Source: Longimicrobiales bacterium (GTDB taxonomy: Bacteria > Gemmatimonadota > Gemmatimonadetes > Longimicrobiales > Gaopeijiaceae). From it: a DNA stretch of 64,000 bases. The DNA is taken from contig CBDCKN010000013.1 of NCBI GenBank assembly GCA_965218295.1, forward strand, positions 160,001 through 224,000, in the 5' to 3' direction. Positions 10,454-20,773 of this stretch are shown here, piece after piece. Positions within the stretch are counted from its first letter, which is position 1. Every line of letters starts with the position of its first letter. The notes below the pieces were generated by a model. The model saw only the letters and a list, made by a program, of their open reading frames with translations. It was not told the DNA's origin and ran no database searches. The position numbers and the translations under genes were made by a program.

Positions 10454-11433
10454 TCAGCCACGCGGTGAACGCGGCGGTTCCCGGTACGCACAGCGAGTTG
10501 CCCCCGATGTAGAGAGCGACGAGCCGCGCGAGTTGAAGGAAGCTCTGCGGGATCGGATCGGGCCGGTGAGCGCGTTCGTGTGAAGCGACAGCGCCGTCAG
10601 GTTGGCGAGGCCGCCGAGTTCCGCGGGGATCGAACCATTCAGGTTGTTCTTGGCAAGATTCAGGCCCGTGACCCTTCCGGATTCGTCCGTCGTCACTCCG
10701 AACCAGTCTCCGAGGGCGGCGCTCGTCAGCCAGCCGTTGTTCGCTACCCAGCCGGATCCACCCGTGGCTTCATACAAGGCGACCAGAACCGCGCGGTCCG
10801 GGTTGACCACCGTGATCCGGATGTCCCGCCAACGCCTCCGGCCGCCATGACGACGCTGGCCATGATATCCGCCTCCCCCTCCGCGAGCGCAATCGCCAGT
10901 CCCGAGTCGTTAACCGTGACCACCATCGTGTCGCTCGTTGTCCAGGCGAACTCCGTCTGCCCGGCCACCACGCTGCCGTTCCTGTCGATCGCTTCCGGGG
11001 AGAGGCGCAGGGTATCGCCGATCAACATTGTGTGTGCGCCGGGTGTGACCGAGACCGCGCTGACGACCTGCGCCACAGTCACCGTCGCGCTCCCGGAGGC
11101 GGATCCGGACGTGGCCATGATGGGTGCCGTACCGTTGCCGACGGCCATCGCCATCCCCGATCCGTCAACGGTAGCGACCGATGTGTTTCCGCTCGACCAG
11201 TTGACCATGGCACCCGCTATCACCTGCTGGTTCTGGTCACGCACCTGCGCCGAGAACTGGATGTTTTCCCCGAGCGCCGTAAGCTGGGCGGTAGCCGGCG
11301 TGACGGTCACTTCCGTTGCCTGCGGCCGGTCGACGGGAGCCGGGGGGTCCGTAGTCCCATCACCGCAAGCACTGACCCCCAACGCCAATACAGATAGTGT
11401 CAGAGTTCGAAGACGCATGGACAAGCTCCCCAT
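10454..11433 (-). pseudogene. Ig-like (Big_2) repeat + plant-type LRR lipoprotein, frameshifted/truncated
   Basis: Lipobox VSAC, WSSGNTSVATVD repeats; second frame DRAVLVALYEAT...LAKNNLNGSIPAELGGL. Confidence 0.75.
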
Positions 11434-11634
11434 GAGTAGGCAGGAGACGATGGAACCGCGGGTCGGAACAGTTTATCAAGAGTCGTGACGGTCGGCAGCG
11501 TATCTCGAACGCCGAATCCGTCACGAACCACTCAGGATGGGGATCTGTAGTGGTCGGGTCAACCACGACGACGGTGCGGCGATCAGCCATCAGGACGCGC
11601 TGGCGAGACGGAAGGGCGGCGAGCCCCCCGCCCG

Positions 11635-11773
11635 CGCCCAGCGTCCATGATGTGCCGTTGCCGTTGGGGGGGTCAGAGGGGGCACAGCCCCCCGCCAGCC
11701 CCTGCCGGGGACCCGCGAAGCGTGGCCCCAAAGGGTAGGCTGGCTTGACCACCTTAGAGTGGCTCAAGCCAGC
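11635..11773 (-). repeat. oriT-like element copy A with hairpin
   Basis: Reverse complement nearly identical to 53431-53535; IR arms GCTGGCT/AGCCAGC 21 nt apart. Confidence 0.7.
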
Positions 11774-12122
11774 GCTGACGGACCTCCGTCACGCACCTCC
11801 GGGCACCGCCCGGAACAGCGTCCACCGGGCCGTTGCGGGCAAGCTCCTCCGCCTCGTTGCCACCAGTCTCGCGGGCGGCGAGGGCGAGTCCGTTCGCCTT
11901 GGCGATGGCGGCGACCTCTCCCGCGCCCCGCTTTCCACCCTACCCGCGTACCCCTCAGGGACGGGAGTTCGTCGATCCTGGGCGATCCTACGGCCCGGCA
12001 AGGCGCTTTGAAGGGCGAGGAGCAGCGCTATTCGCCCGAAAAGCAACGCAGAACGCAGCGTCCCGGCCCGGATGCATCGCCGGTCGAATGCCGAGAGGGT
12101 TTCTTCCACGGGCTGCCAGGAT

Positions 12123-12596
12123 TCATGACCCATGCACATGCGCGTGGACGGGAGTCGTCACGAAGTCGGGATGTCCGGACCCGATGGTACCATGCATGAG
12201 CTTGAAAGTCACTCCCGTTTCACCCTCCGCGACGCCGTGTAGATGGCCACCGAACTCTCCCGGCGTATCCTGTTCGAACTCGGCAATCGATTCATCTTCG
12301 ATATCCACCTCCAGGTAGAGCTCCTGGCCGAGAGTGATCGCATCGCCGTCAGGATCGACAAATCGCACCGCGATGTGGGGCGTCTCCTCACCTGCATCGA
12401 CCTCCATCTCGCCGACCCATCTCTGAGTCTCCCCATCGTAGGTGGCGATCACGAGGCCGCCCATGACCAGCTCGACTCCCTCGGGTTCCGCATGTTCCTC
12501 TTCGACCTCGGTCATCGACTCGCTGCAGCCGGCAAGCGTCAGGGCGAGAATGGCCGCCAATGCGGCCAGCGGGCTTCTGTAGCTCTTCGTGTTCAT
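12123..12596 (-). CDS. His-rich lipoprotein, putative metal-binding
   Basis: Lipobox LAGC; EEEHAE, GHLHG and HAHVH motifs; follows the TonB receptor. Confidence 0.65.
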   Translation of the reverse strand: MNTKSYRSPLAALAAILALTLAGCSESMTEVEEEHAEPEGVELVMGGLVIATYDGETQRWVGEMEVDAGEETPHIAVRFVDPDGDAITLGQELYLEVDIEDESIAEFEQDTPGEFGGHLHGVAEGETGVTFKLMHGTIGSGHPDFVTTPVHAHVHGS

Positions 12597-12667
12597 CTGT
12601 ATTCTCCTTCGATAGCTCTTGAGTTTTTCATTGTGTCGGTCAGTCGAAGTCGTGCGCCGGAACATTC

Positions 12668-14932
12668 CTAGAACACGACTCGGTATGTCACACTCAGGCC
12701 CCTCCCGGCCTCGGGCATGATCTCCTTTACCCGGGAGAGGTGGTTGCGGTATTCCGCGTCCGTGGCGTTGTCGAGGCTCGCCGTGAGCACATTCAGACGA
12801 CCTCCCAGAGTGACCCTCGCACCGGCTGAGAGATTCAGGACCGTGTAGCCGCCGGTCGGCGTCTCGAACTCGCCGATTTGGTCCTGGCGGCTCGCCATCT
12901 CGGTCTCCGCGCGGATGAACCACAGCGGTCGCTCGTACTTCAGAGCCAAATGCCCTTTGAGCGGAGGTACGAGTGGGAGGGGTTGCTCGGTCGCCTTCAG
13001 ACTCCCCTTCACCGACGACGCAACCGCCTCCAGGGCCATTCCGCGCCCCACGGCCAGGTCCGCGGCGGCTTCGAAACCGCTGAAGACAGCGTCGTTGCCC
13101 CGGAACTGATAGATGGGGAGGAGCACCCGGCTCAGGCGGCCCGTGTCCTCTCCGTAGACGTAGTCCTCGATGTCGTTGTAGAAGCCGGTCACTTCGGCCC
13201 TTACCCGGTCGGACTCGAAGCGGAGGAAGACGTCGAGCCCTCTACCGATCTCGCCCTCCAGGGACGGGTTTCCGACTTCGAAAGAGTAGGCCGCCAGATG
13301 CGGCCCCTCCGAGTAGAGTTCGTTGATGTCGGGTGTCCGGAACGCACGGGTAAGACTGACCCCGAGCGTCAGACCCGAGCTGGCGGTGTACAGCACACCG
13401 AGCGAACCCGACAACGAATTGAACGTGCGGTTACGGATCTTGCCGATGTCCGAATCCCGATCACTCTCCACCGGATTGGCTCCGGTCCAGTCGTAGCGTA
13501 GCCCCCATTCGATCTGGACAGATCCCAGGTCGACCTCTTCCAGAAAGTACAGAGACGCCTTGCTGCGACGCGTGTCCGGCGTGTACAGGCTTCCGCCGTA
13601 CCCGAAGTCCTCCCAGGAAAAACGACCGCCCACCGCTCCTGCTGTGAAGGGTCCCAATTCTCCGTGTCGGCCCAGGAGTTCCCCACTGGCGGTCTGCCTC
13701 TCGTAGAGGGTTCCGAGGATTCCCGGTGGCTCCAGTTCACGGTGTCGATACCAGGTGTGGGTCGCGTCGAAACGGATGTCCTGGAAGAGACCGACGGGAT
13801 CGTCGACCAAAGTCCGGAATTTCGAAGCGGCGCGCTCCATCTCGATACGCACCCCTTCCTCGTGTCCCCCCACGAAACCGCCCGGGATGCCGTAGTGGTT
13901 TCGATAGCCACGGAAAGACGCCCCCAGGTGACCCCACTCCGCCACGTAGGCCGTGCCGACTCCGCCACTCCACAGATCGCCATCGGTGTTGGGCAGTGTG
14001 CCCAGCGGTGTCTTGAGGTCTCCACCCGTCCGCACCGCCCCCTCCACGCGCAAAGGCACGTGCTCGGCGACCGCGAAAACGGCCGTCGCGCTGCCACTCA
14101 GCGAGCCGGTCACCGTCTGGGTCTGAAGCGTTGCCGAGCCCGTCACGTGATGCGGGACCGCCGAGGGGATCTCATCGCGGATGACGTTAATGACCCCGCC
14201 AAGGGCGTTACCCCCGTAGAGGAGGGCCCCCGGGCCCCGCACCACCTCGATCCGTCGTGCGGACGCCGGGTCGAGCCCGGTAGTGTGGTCCGAGCCGGAG
14301 TTGGAGGCATCCCCCACAGCTGTCCCGTCCTCCAGCAAGAGCACCCTGTCCCCGCTCAACCCGCGGACAACCGGTTGCGAAACTGCCGGTCCCATGCTCG
14401 TGACGGCCATCCCCGGCATGGCGGCCAGGGTTGCCGCGATAGTCGCTTCCATCCGGCGTTGCAGCTCTTCGCCAGCCATGACGCTCACGGGCCGCAGCGC
14501 TTCCGCGGCACCCCGCTCGGTAAGGGTCGCGGTGACCACCATTCCCTGGAGTGCAATCGGAGACGTCACCAATTCGATTACGACTACCGCGGATTCGTCC
14601 CCCGCCGTCACCTCGGTGGTAGAGCCGCGGTACCCCAACCGGTCGACTCGTAGCGAGTAGTTCCCGTCGGCGATCCCGGTCAGGTGAAAGGTCCCGTCGC
14701 CGTGTGTCACGGCCCTCGTTCCCGTGCCGATGACCGAAACGAGCGCCCCCGCGAGAGGGGCTCCCGTCTCGGCGTCGCGCACCACGCCCTCGATCTCGCC
14801 TTCGTGCTCCGGCTCCTGCGATGATGCGGGTGCCGATAGCGCGGCGAGTCCGGCGATGGTTATGACGACGCCGGTACGGAGCAAGTCGAGCAGCGTTTTC
14901 TTCAATGGATGGCGGATTCGCTTTGGACGCAC
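12668..14932 (-). CDS. TonB-dependent receptor (ZnuD-like)
   Basis: Plug RIEVVRGPGALLYG, SDH motif, LYSEGPHLA, C-terminal Phe. Confidence 0.88.
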   Translation of the reverse strand: MRPKRIRHPLKKTLLDLLRTGVVITIAGLAALSAPASSQEPEHEGEIEGVVRDAETGAPLAGALVSVIGTGTRAVTHGDGTFHLTGIADGNYSLRVDRLGYRGSTTEVTAGDESAVVVIELVTSPIALQGMVVTATLTERGAAEALRPVSVMAGEELQRRMEATIAATLAAMPGMAVTSMGPAVSQPVVRGLSGDRVLLLEDGTAVGDASNSGSDHTTGLDPASARRIEVVRGPGALLYGGNALGGVINVIRDEIPSAVPHHVTGSATLQTQTVTGSLSGSATAVFAVAEHVPLRVEGAVRTGGDLKTPLGTLPNTDGDLWSGGVGTAYVAEWGHLGASFRGYRNHYGIPGGFVGGHEEGVRIEMERAASKFRTLVDDPVGLFQDIRFDATHTWYRHRELEPPGILGTLYERQTASGELLGRHGELGPFTAGAVGGRFSWEDFGYGGSLYTPDTRRSKASLYFLEEVDLGSVQIEWGLRYDWTGANPVESDRDSDIGKIRNRTFNSLSGSLGVLYTASSGLTLGVSLTRAFRTPDINELYSEGPHLAAYSFEVGNPSLEGEIGRGLDVFLRFESDRVRAEVTGFYNDIEDYVYGEDTGRLSRVLLPIYQFRGNDAVFSGFEAAADLAVGRGMALEAVASSVKGSLKATEQPLPLVPPLKGHLALKYERPLWFIRAETEMASRQDQIGEFETPTGGYTVLNLSAGARVTLGGRLNVLTASLDNATDAEYRNHLSRVKEIMPEAGRGLSVTYRVVF

Positions 14933-15016
14933 GGTTCACGGATACGGGCCACCCGCGATAGGGTGACCAGACCGTGAAAGGACGGAAGGAGCGGGGCGCG
15001 GGCGCTCCGAGGCGCG

Positions 15017-15379
15017 TCAAGCGATGGGCGGAGCCCTGGGAAAGACCGAACCGACCAGGACCCGCGTGATGGGGACTCGGTCAGCGTCTCGGTTCGCCTC
15101 GGGTAGTCGGAGGGGAGGCTCGCCTACCTGGGAAAGCGTGATCCCTTCCGAGACCCCGGCCTTGGAGAGCGATCGCACCACTTGGCAGAAGAAGTGCCCG
15201 TGATCGACGGCACAATCTGCATTTTCCGGCGATTCGATATGAACCGGTGACCCGAATCGCTCGATGTCGAGGATCGCATCGGCGGGACTCAGGCTGGCCG
15301 AAACGCCGATCTGAAGCGTGGCGATGCACGAAATGCCCACCCGGCGCAGGTCCCATCTGCTCGATTGCCGGAAGAACAA
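15017..15379 (-). CDS. Small His/Cys protein upstream of the TonB receptor
   Basis: HIES..C..DHGHFFC and terminal PRAPP; start uncertain. Confidence 0.5.
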   Translation of the reverse strand: MFFRQSSRWDLRRVGISCIATLQIGVSASLSPADAILDIERFGSPVHIESPENADCAVDHGHFFCQVVRSLSKAGVSEGITLSQVGEPPLRLPEANRDADRVPITRVLVGSVFPRAPPIA

Positions 15380-15482
15380 GTGCCGCCGCCTTCAGAGTTT
15401 GAGAAGCGCGAGAACCTACGAGAATTGAAGCCGCTTTTCCTCGGTCGTCAAGTGCTCGAAGGCCACAAAGCCCGCGCACTCA

Positions 15483-15556
15483 TGGGCCCAGAGGGACTTG
15501 AACCCCCGACCGTTGGATTATGAGTCCGCTGCTCTAACCGCCTGAGCTATGGGCCC
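15483..15556 (-). tRNA. tRNA with CAT anticodon, probably tRNA-Ile2
   Basis: GGGCCCATAGCTCAG..GGTTAGAGCAG.GGACTCATAA resembles ileX; two mismatches in the anticodon stem. Confidence 0.8.
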
Positions 15557-15588
15557 ATCTTAACGGTAACCGAAAGGTGAGCCGCCTG

Positions 15589-16209
15589 CTACAGGGTGCC
15601 GAACAGACGGTCGCCCCCGTCCCCGAGGCCTGGAAGGATGTAGCCACGCTTGTTGAGCCTGCGGTCGAGTGCCGCAGCGAATATGGGCACGTCAGGGTGC
15701 TCCATAGCCAGGCGGCCGGCTCCCTCGGGCGCCGCAATCAGACACATCAGTGCGATGTCGTGCGCCCCGCGTGCCTTCAGATCCGCGATAGAGGCACAGG
15801 CAGTGCCACCGGTTCCAAGCATCGGATCCACCAGCAGAAAGCTGCACCGTTCGGCGTCGGGGGGCAGTTTTCCGTAGTAGCGCACGGGCTGCAGCGTCTC
15901 TTCGTTCCGATAGAAGCCCAGATGGCCCACCCGCGCTCCCGGAATCAGCCGCAGCACTCCCTCGACCATGCCCAGCCCCGCCCTCAGGATCGGGACGACG
16001 ACGATCCGGTCTTCCATGGCCCGTACACCCGTCGCGTTGTACACATCGCGCACGTGAGGCGAGAGGGGGCCGTCGTCGTTGTATGCCGAGAACCGCAAAC
16101 CGGCCCGCCCCGCCCGCTGGCGGGCCGAACCGGGACCATTCAGGTCCGCCCACGCGCCCCTAATCGCTCGGAGGATGGCCTGAGCCTGCTTACGGACATC
16201 GTCATCCAT
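15589..16209 (-). CDS. upp: Uracil phosphoribosyltransferase with foreign N-terminus (possibly pseudogene)
   Basis: [37 protein letters not shown]; first ~55 aa not Upp-like. Confidence 0.75.
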   Translation of the reverse strand: MDDDVRKQAQAILRAIRGAWADLNGPGSARQRAGRAGLRFSAYNDDGPLSPHVRDVYNATGVRAMEDRIVVVPILRAGLGMVEGVLRLIPGARVGHLGFYRNEETLQPVRYYGKLPPDAERCSFLLVDPMLGTGGTACASIADLKARGAHDIALMCLIAAPEGAGRLAMEHPDVPIFAAALDRRLNKRGYILPGLGDGGDRLFGTL

Positions 16210-16791
16210 GGGGTAAGATAACCCTCAACCGCCCGAGCCATCCGTGTGTAACTATTCAAACTGACCCACTACTTCGATCGTGTAGGTGGTCCCGTCGACC
16301 GCGAACGACGTCTGGCTGAGGCTCCCGTCGTCTGGACTGAAGCCGTAGACGCCCCAACCACCCCAGCCGCCGGACGGTTCCACCTGGCCAAGCGTCAGAC
16401 AGGCGGCCAGATGGCGTTAGCGCTCGGGCGCGTGGCGATCCGGGGGCCGACACGTCCGTTCAGTAAGCGTTCGGCGGGGTGACTAGAGGCGCCTCGCCAG
16501 TACGTTCCCGAACGCCCTCGCCGTCGCGACGAGATTCCAACCTTCGGGATCGCCACGTCGTCATCTGCCGGGTCTTTCTCAGCCCCGCGCGACGCCCGCG
16601 ACGCCCAAGGGAGCACCCGTCACGGGTTCCGCGAACGTACCGTAAGCTCCCGTGTAATCGCCCGCCAATTATACGGGATCACATACGATAGAAACGAGTC
16701 GGACCAGAAACTACTGCATACATAACTAACTACAGGTCATATACTTATGATGACATAGGGACAGGACAGACAGTAGATCAACCGTCCGGGC

Positions 16792-18612
16792 ATGATTTGG
16801 GACGGCGCGACGGGGAGCGGTATGAACTGGCGGCTCGCCCTCTCGGAGCTCGAGGCGGAGCGCTCTCACCTGCGGCTCGACGGCGAGCCCGTGATCCTCT
16901 ACTCGCTCCTCTCTCCGCCCGGCCAAGCCTACGCGAACCTGCTCCGGGAGCTCTACTGCCTGGACGCGGTGATGACCATGTCGCTCGAGTGGCGGCCCTG
17001 GGCGATGGAAGCGGCCCGGCGCCGGATCCGTGGCGCGCAGCGGCACTACTTCTCCAGGCGCTACTCGATGATGGCGCACGTGCAGGAGACGGAGGGCACC
17101 GCCGCCGCGATGGTCGACTCGGCCGCGGCGACCGAGTCCGACCGGCTAGGCGAGGCGCTGGTCGAGCTCGAAGCCGACGGCGTGAGCTACGGGGAGGCCA
17201 CGCTCACCGTGGCGCTCCACGGCGAGCTTGGAAGCATCGAACGCGTGGACGGCGACCTGCGTCGGCTGTTCGCCGCGCACGACGCGAAGGTGATCCGGGA
17301 GGGCTACGGCCAGCTGCCGGCCTGGTTCTCGCGGCTGCCGGCCCAGCCCCGTGGGCGGCAGGCGCGGAAGGTGTTCGTGTCGGCCGGAGTGGCCGCGTGC
17401 CTGGCGCCGCTCTTCGGGCCGCCCAAGGGCCGGGCTAAGAGCAAACACCTTGGCCGCGAGTCGCTCGCGGTCTTGGAGACCCCGTGGCGCACGGCGTACC
17501 ACTACGACCTGTTCGCCGGTGATGTCGGCCACACGCTGATGCTCGGCGCGACCGGCTCGGGCAAGAGCTTCACGCTCAACTTCCTCCTGGTCGAGGCGCT
17601 CAGGTACGACCCGCGCGTCCTGATTCTGGATCTGGGCGGCTCGTACCGCTGGCTGACCCGGTTTCTGGGAGGCCGCTACCTGGAGCTGTCGCCCGGCGAG
17701 GCGGAGCCGACGCTCCGGTTGCAGCCGTTCGCCCTCCCGGCGGGCACGCGGACGTTCCAGTTCCTGACCGGCTGGGTGCTCCGGCTCCTGAAGCTCGGCG
17801 GCTGGGAAGCGAGCGGGGCGGATACGAGCGAGATCCGCTCGCGCATCGAGGACCTGTATGCGTTCGAGCCGGAGCGGCGGACGCTGAGCGTCCTGGCTGG
17901 GTCGCTTCCGTCCGCGACGTGGCCGGCGTGGAGCCGCTGGACCCAAGGCGGTGCCTGGGGCGGCTACTTCGATAACCCGGTCGTCGGAGCGCCAGATCTC
18001 GAGTTCGCCGACTGGCAGGTGATCGATCTGGCCGGGGCGGTCGAGCATCCGGATCTCTGCGACGCGGCACTCTCCTACCTGCTCGAGCGGATGCGCTTGG
18101 AGGTGGAGGACCCGTCCGAGGCGGCGCGGCTGAAGCTGATGGTCGTGGACGAAGCCTGGCGCTACCTGCAGGACCCCGCCGTGCTGAATTACCTGGCCGA
18201 GGCGGCGAAGACGTGGAGGAAGAAGAACGCCGCGTTGATCCTCGCCACGCAGTCCGCGGTGGACGTCACGGCCACGCCCGGCGCGGCGGCGCTCCTCGAG
18301 TCGATCCCGACGAAGCTCTTCCTCGCGAACCCGGAGCTCCCTGACGAGGTCGGCGCGCTGTTCCGGCTGAACGAGTCGGAGCTGGCCCAGGTCCGGGGCC
18401 TGATCCCCAAACGCGAGCTCTATCTGCGCCGCCCGGACGGGGCGGCGGTGCTACGGCTCGAGGTCGATCCGGAGAGCTACTGGCTCTACACCTCGTCCGC
18501 ATTGGACGCCGAGGAGAGGGCCCGGGCCGTCGAGCGTCACGGGCTCGCCCGGGCCCTCGAGGTTCTCGCGAGCCGAGACGATCCCACCCCCACCCCCAAC
18601 GCAAGGAGCTGA
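16792..18612 (+). CDS. virB4: VirB4-type T4SS ATPase, N-terminally truncated
   Basis: GHTLMLGATGSGKS, VVDEAW, WRKKNA..ILATQS; begins at an AT-rich junction. Confidence 0.85.
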   Translation: MIWDGATGSGMNWRLALSELEAERSHLRLDGEPVILYSLLSPPGQAYANLLRELYCLDAVMTMSLEWRPWAMEAARRRIRGAQRHYFSRRYSMMAHVQETEGTAAAMVDSAAATESDRLGEALVELEADGVSYGEATLTVALHGELGSIERVDGDLRRLFAAHDAKVIREGYGQLPAWFSRLPAQPRGRQARKVFVSAGVAACLAPLFGPPKGRAKSKHLGRESLAVLETPWRTAYHYDLFAGDVGHTLMLGATGSGKSFTLNFLLVEALRYDPRVLILDLGGSYRWLTRFLGGRYLELSPGEAEPTLRLQPFALPAGTRTFQFLTGWVLRLLKLGGWEASGADTSEIRSRIEDLYAFEPERRTLSVLAGSLPSATWPAWSRWTQGGAWGGYFDNPVVGAPDLEFADWQVIDLAGAVEHPDLCDAALSYLLERMRLEVEDPSEAARLKLMVVDEAWRYLQDPAVLNYLAEAAKTWRKKNAALILATQSAVDVTATPGAAALLESIPTKLFLANPELPDEVGALFRLNESELAQVRGLIPKRELYLRRPDGAAVLRLEVDPESYWLYTSSALDAEERARAVERHGLARALEVLASRDDPTPTPNARS

Positions 18613-18618
18613 CACGCC

Positions 18619-19485
18619 ATGCGACCACCAATGACACCCCTCGTTCTAACCGCCCTTCTCTTGGCTGCCCTCCCGGCCGGGGCCGCCGCGCAGCAGGAGG
18701 ACGACCAAGCGTTCCTCCGGGTGCCGGTCCCGGAGGAGGGCGAGGACCGGATCCACCGGCTCCGCACCCGGGTCCGCCACACGACGGTGATCGTGCTCCC
18801 CGCCGATGAGAACATCCTGGACTTCGTCGTCGGCGACTCGGAGTACTGGCACCTGACGGGCGCCGCGAACGTCGCGTTCCTGAAGCCTCTCTCCCCGGAC
18901 GCGGCGACGAATATCGCGCTCGTCTGCGAGTCAGGGCGGATCTACTCGTTCCTGGTGGCCGAGCACAGCGACGGGCCACCCCATCTGGTCGTCCGCGTAG
19001 AGTCCGGAGCAGAGGCGGCGCGGCTCTCCGGCGGCGGCAGCGGCCGTCCCGCGTTCGTCGCGCGTAGCGAGGTCGCGGCCTACCAACAGATGGCCGCCGA
19101 GGCGGCCGAGGCGGCTCGCAGCGCCCGGGAGGCAGCGGAGGCCGGCATCCTGGAAGCCCGGACTCAGGCCGAAACGGAGATCGAGGAGTTCCGTGCGTGC
19201 TATCCGGAGCGTCTCGCCTTCGAGTACCGGCTCGACGGGGACGCGGCCGACCGGCCGTTCCTCGTCGAGGCGATGTGGCACGACGGGCAGTTCACCTATC
19301 TGAGGTCCCACGCACAGGAGTCGCCGGCGCTCTATGAGCTCCGGGACGGGGAACCGGCACTCGTGGCCTACGATCTGACGGATGACGGGCTTTACGTCGC
19401 CCGCCACGTACTGGCCGACGGGTGGCTGCAGATCGGCGACAAGCGGGCCAGCTGGCGGTTCACGCCGCGGGAAGCGCTCCGATGA
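18619..19485 (+). CDS. virB9: VirB9/TrbG-type T4SS protein
   Basis: Signal peptide, VGDSEYW..FLKP..TNI, WHDGQFTY motifs. Confidence 0.8.
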   Translation: MRPPMTPLVLTALLLAALPAGAAAQQEDDQAFLRVPVPEEGEDRIHRLRTRVRHTTVIVLPADENILDFVVGDSEYWHLTGAANVAFLKPLSPDAATNIALVCESGRIYSFLVAEHSDGPPHLVVRVESGAEAARLSGGGSGRPAFVARSEVAAYQQMAAEAAEAARSAREAAEAGILEARTQAETEIEEFRACYPERLAFEYRLDGDAADRPFLVEAMWHDGQFTYLRSHAQESPALYELRDGEPALVAYDLTDDGLYVARHVLADGWLQIGDKRASWRFTPREALR

Positions 19486-20756
19486 GCCGCTGGAAGCAGT
19501 GGGTCCGGCCCCCGGAAGGCGCGCTGCCGGGCGGCATCGTGACAAAGGCCGGCGTGGTGTTGATCGCGGTGCTCGTCGGTGGACTCCTCTTCTCGTGGGC
19601 GATGACGGGTTCCGAGGAAGCCGACGCTCCCGGGGCGCTGCCCGAGGCGCAGGCGGTCGACGACGGGATGGGGAGGTCGCTCCAGAACCGCATCCGCCAA
19701 GAGGCCGAGCGGCAGACTCTGGAGGCCGCCGCCCGGGCGCGCGCCGAGCTCGAGCGCCGGCAGGCCGCGGCCGCCGAAGAGATGGCCCGGCTCCAGACCG
19801 AGTCGGAGACGCCGAACACCGCAGCCTTGATCCCAGGCGTGAGCGCGGCCGAGTCGGAGCTTCGGGAGGCGCTTCGGCTGGAGGAGCTGGAGCGGAGAAC
19901 CCGCTCGCTCCGCGCCCTGCCGGTCGCCCATTCGTACCGGGCTCCCAACACGGCCGCGGAGTCGTCCGAAGCCGGCACCGGCGATGCGGCCGACGCGGAC
20001 GTGGCCCTCCTCGAGAACACGGTCCAAGCGGCTCTCGCCTCCTTCGAGCAGTCGGTCGGGGCGCTCGAGGGGGAGCTGGCGGCAGAGCAGCTTCTCCTCG
20101 GGTCCCCGGGCATCGCTGCTGCTGCGGCGCCCGCGTCCGGGCAGCAAGCCTCCCGTCCGGCACCGAGCCCGATTCAGCCAGGGCGTAGCGTCCGGCCCGC
20201 CGACCCGCCGGGCTGGGAGCGGATCTACGAGGGCTCGTTCCTCGAAGGGGTGCTCCTCACGCAGCTCACGGGCGATTTCCCGGGACCGGTGCTCGCGACC
20301 GTCTCGGTGCCGTTCTATTCGGCCGATCGCCAGCGGGTCCTGATTCCGCGCGGCGCACGCGTCGTCGGAACGGCTCGGGCCGTTCAGGACCCGGACCAGA
20401 GCCGGCTCGCAGTCGCGTTTCACCGGTTGCTGCTGCCCGACGGGAGCTGGATCGACCTCGAGTTCACGGGCCTGAACCAGGCGGGCGAGGGCGCGCTTCA
20501 GGACCAGGTCGATCGCCACTACTTCAGCACGTTCGCTGCCGCCGGAGCCGTCGGTGTCGTAAGCGGACTCGCCCTGGCCGGCGGTTCGCCGTTCGGCCTC
20601 AGGGCGGGCGTCGGCCAGGGACTCGGCCAGAGCGCGACCTCGACTCTCGACCGGTTCCTGAACCGGCTACCCACCCTCACGATCCGCGCCGGCCATCGCC
20701 TGCGCATCTGGTTCACCTCCGATGTCCTGGTCCCCAGGGCCGGGACACGGCAATAA
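19482..20756 (+). CDS. virB10: VirB10/TrbI-type T4SS protein
   Basis: LIPRGARVVG, G..GALQDQVDRH, PTLTIRAG; ATGA overlap with virB9. Confidence 0.85.
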   Translation: MSRWKQWVRPPEGALPGGIVTKAGVVLIAVLVGGLLFSWAMTGSEEADAPGALPEAQAVDDGMGRSLQNRIRQEAERQTLEAAARARAELERRQAAAAEEMARLQTESETPNTAALIPGVSAAESELREALRLEELERRTRSLRALPVAHSYRAPNTAAESSEAGTGDAADADVALLENTVQAALASFEQSVGALEGELAAEQLLLGSPGIAAAAAPASGQQASRPAPSPIQPGRSVRPADPPGWERIYEGSFLEGVLLTQLTGDFPGPVLATVSVPFYSADRQRVLIPRGARVVGTARAVQDPDQSRLAVAFHRLLLPDGSWIDLEFTGLNQAGEGALQDQVDRHYFSTFAAAGAVGVVSGLALAGGSPFGLRAGVGQGLGQSATSTLDRFLNRLPTLTIRAGHRLRIWFTSDVLVPRAGTRQ

Positions 20757-20773
20757 CAACAAAGGAGCTCATC

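Noticed and set aside
9255..15556. tRNA genes as island attachment sites
   Set aside because: No duplicated tRNA 3' fragment found in the window, and the integrases are not adjacent
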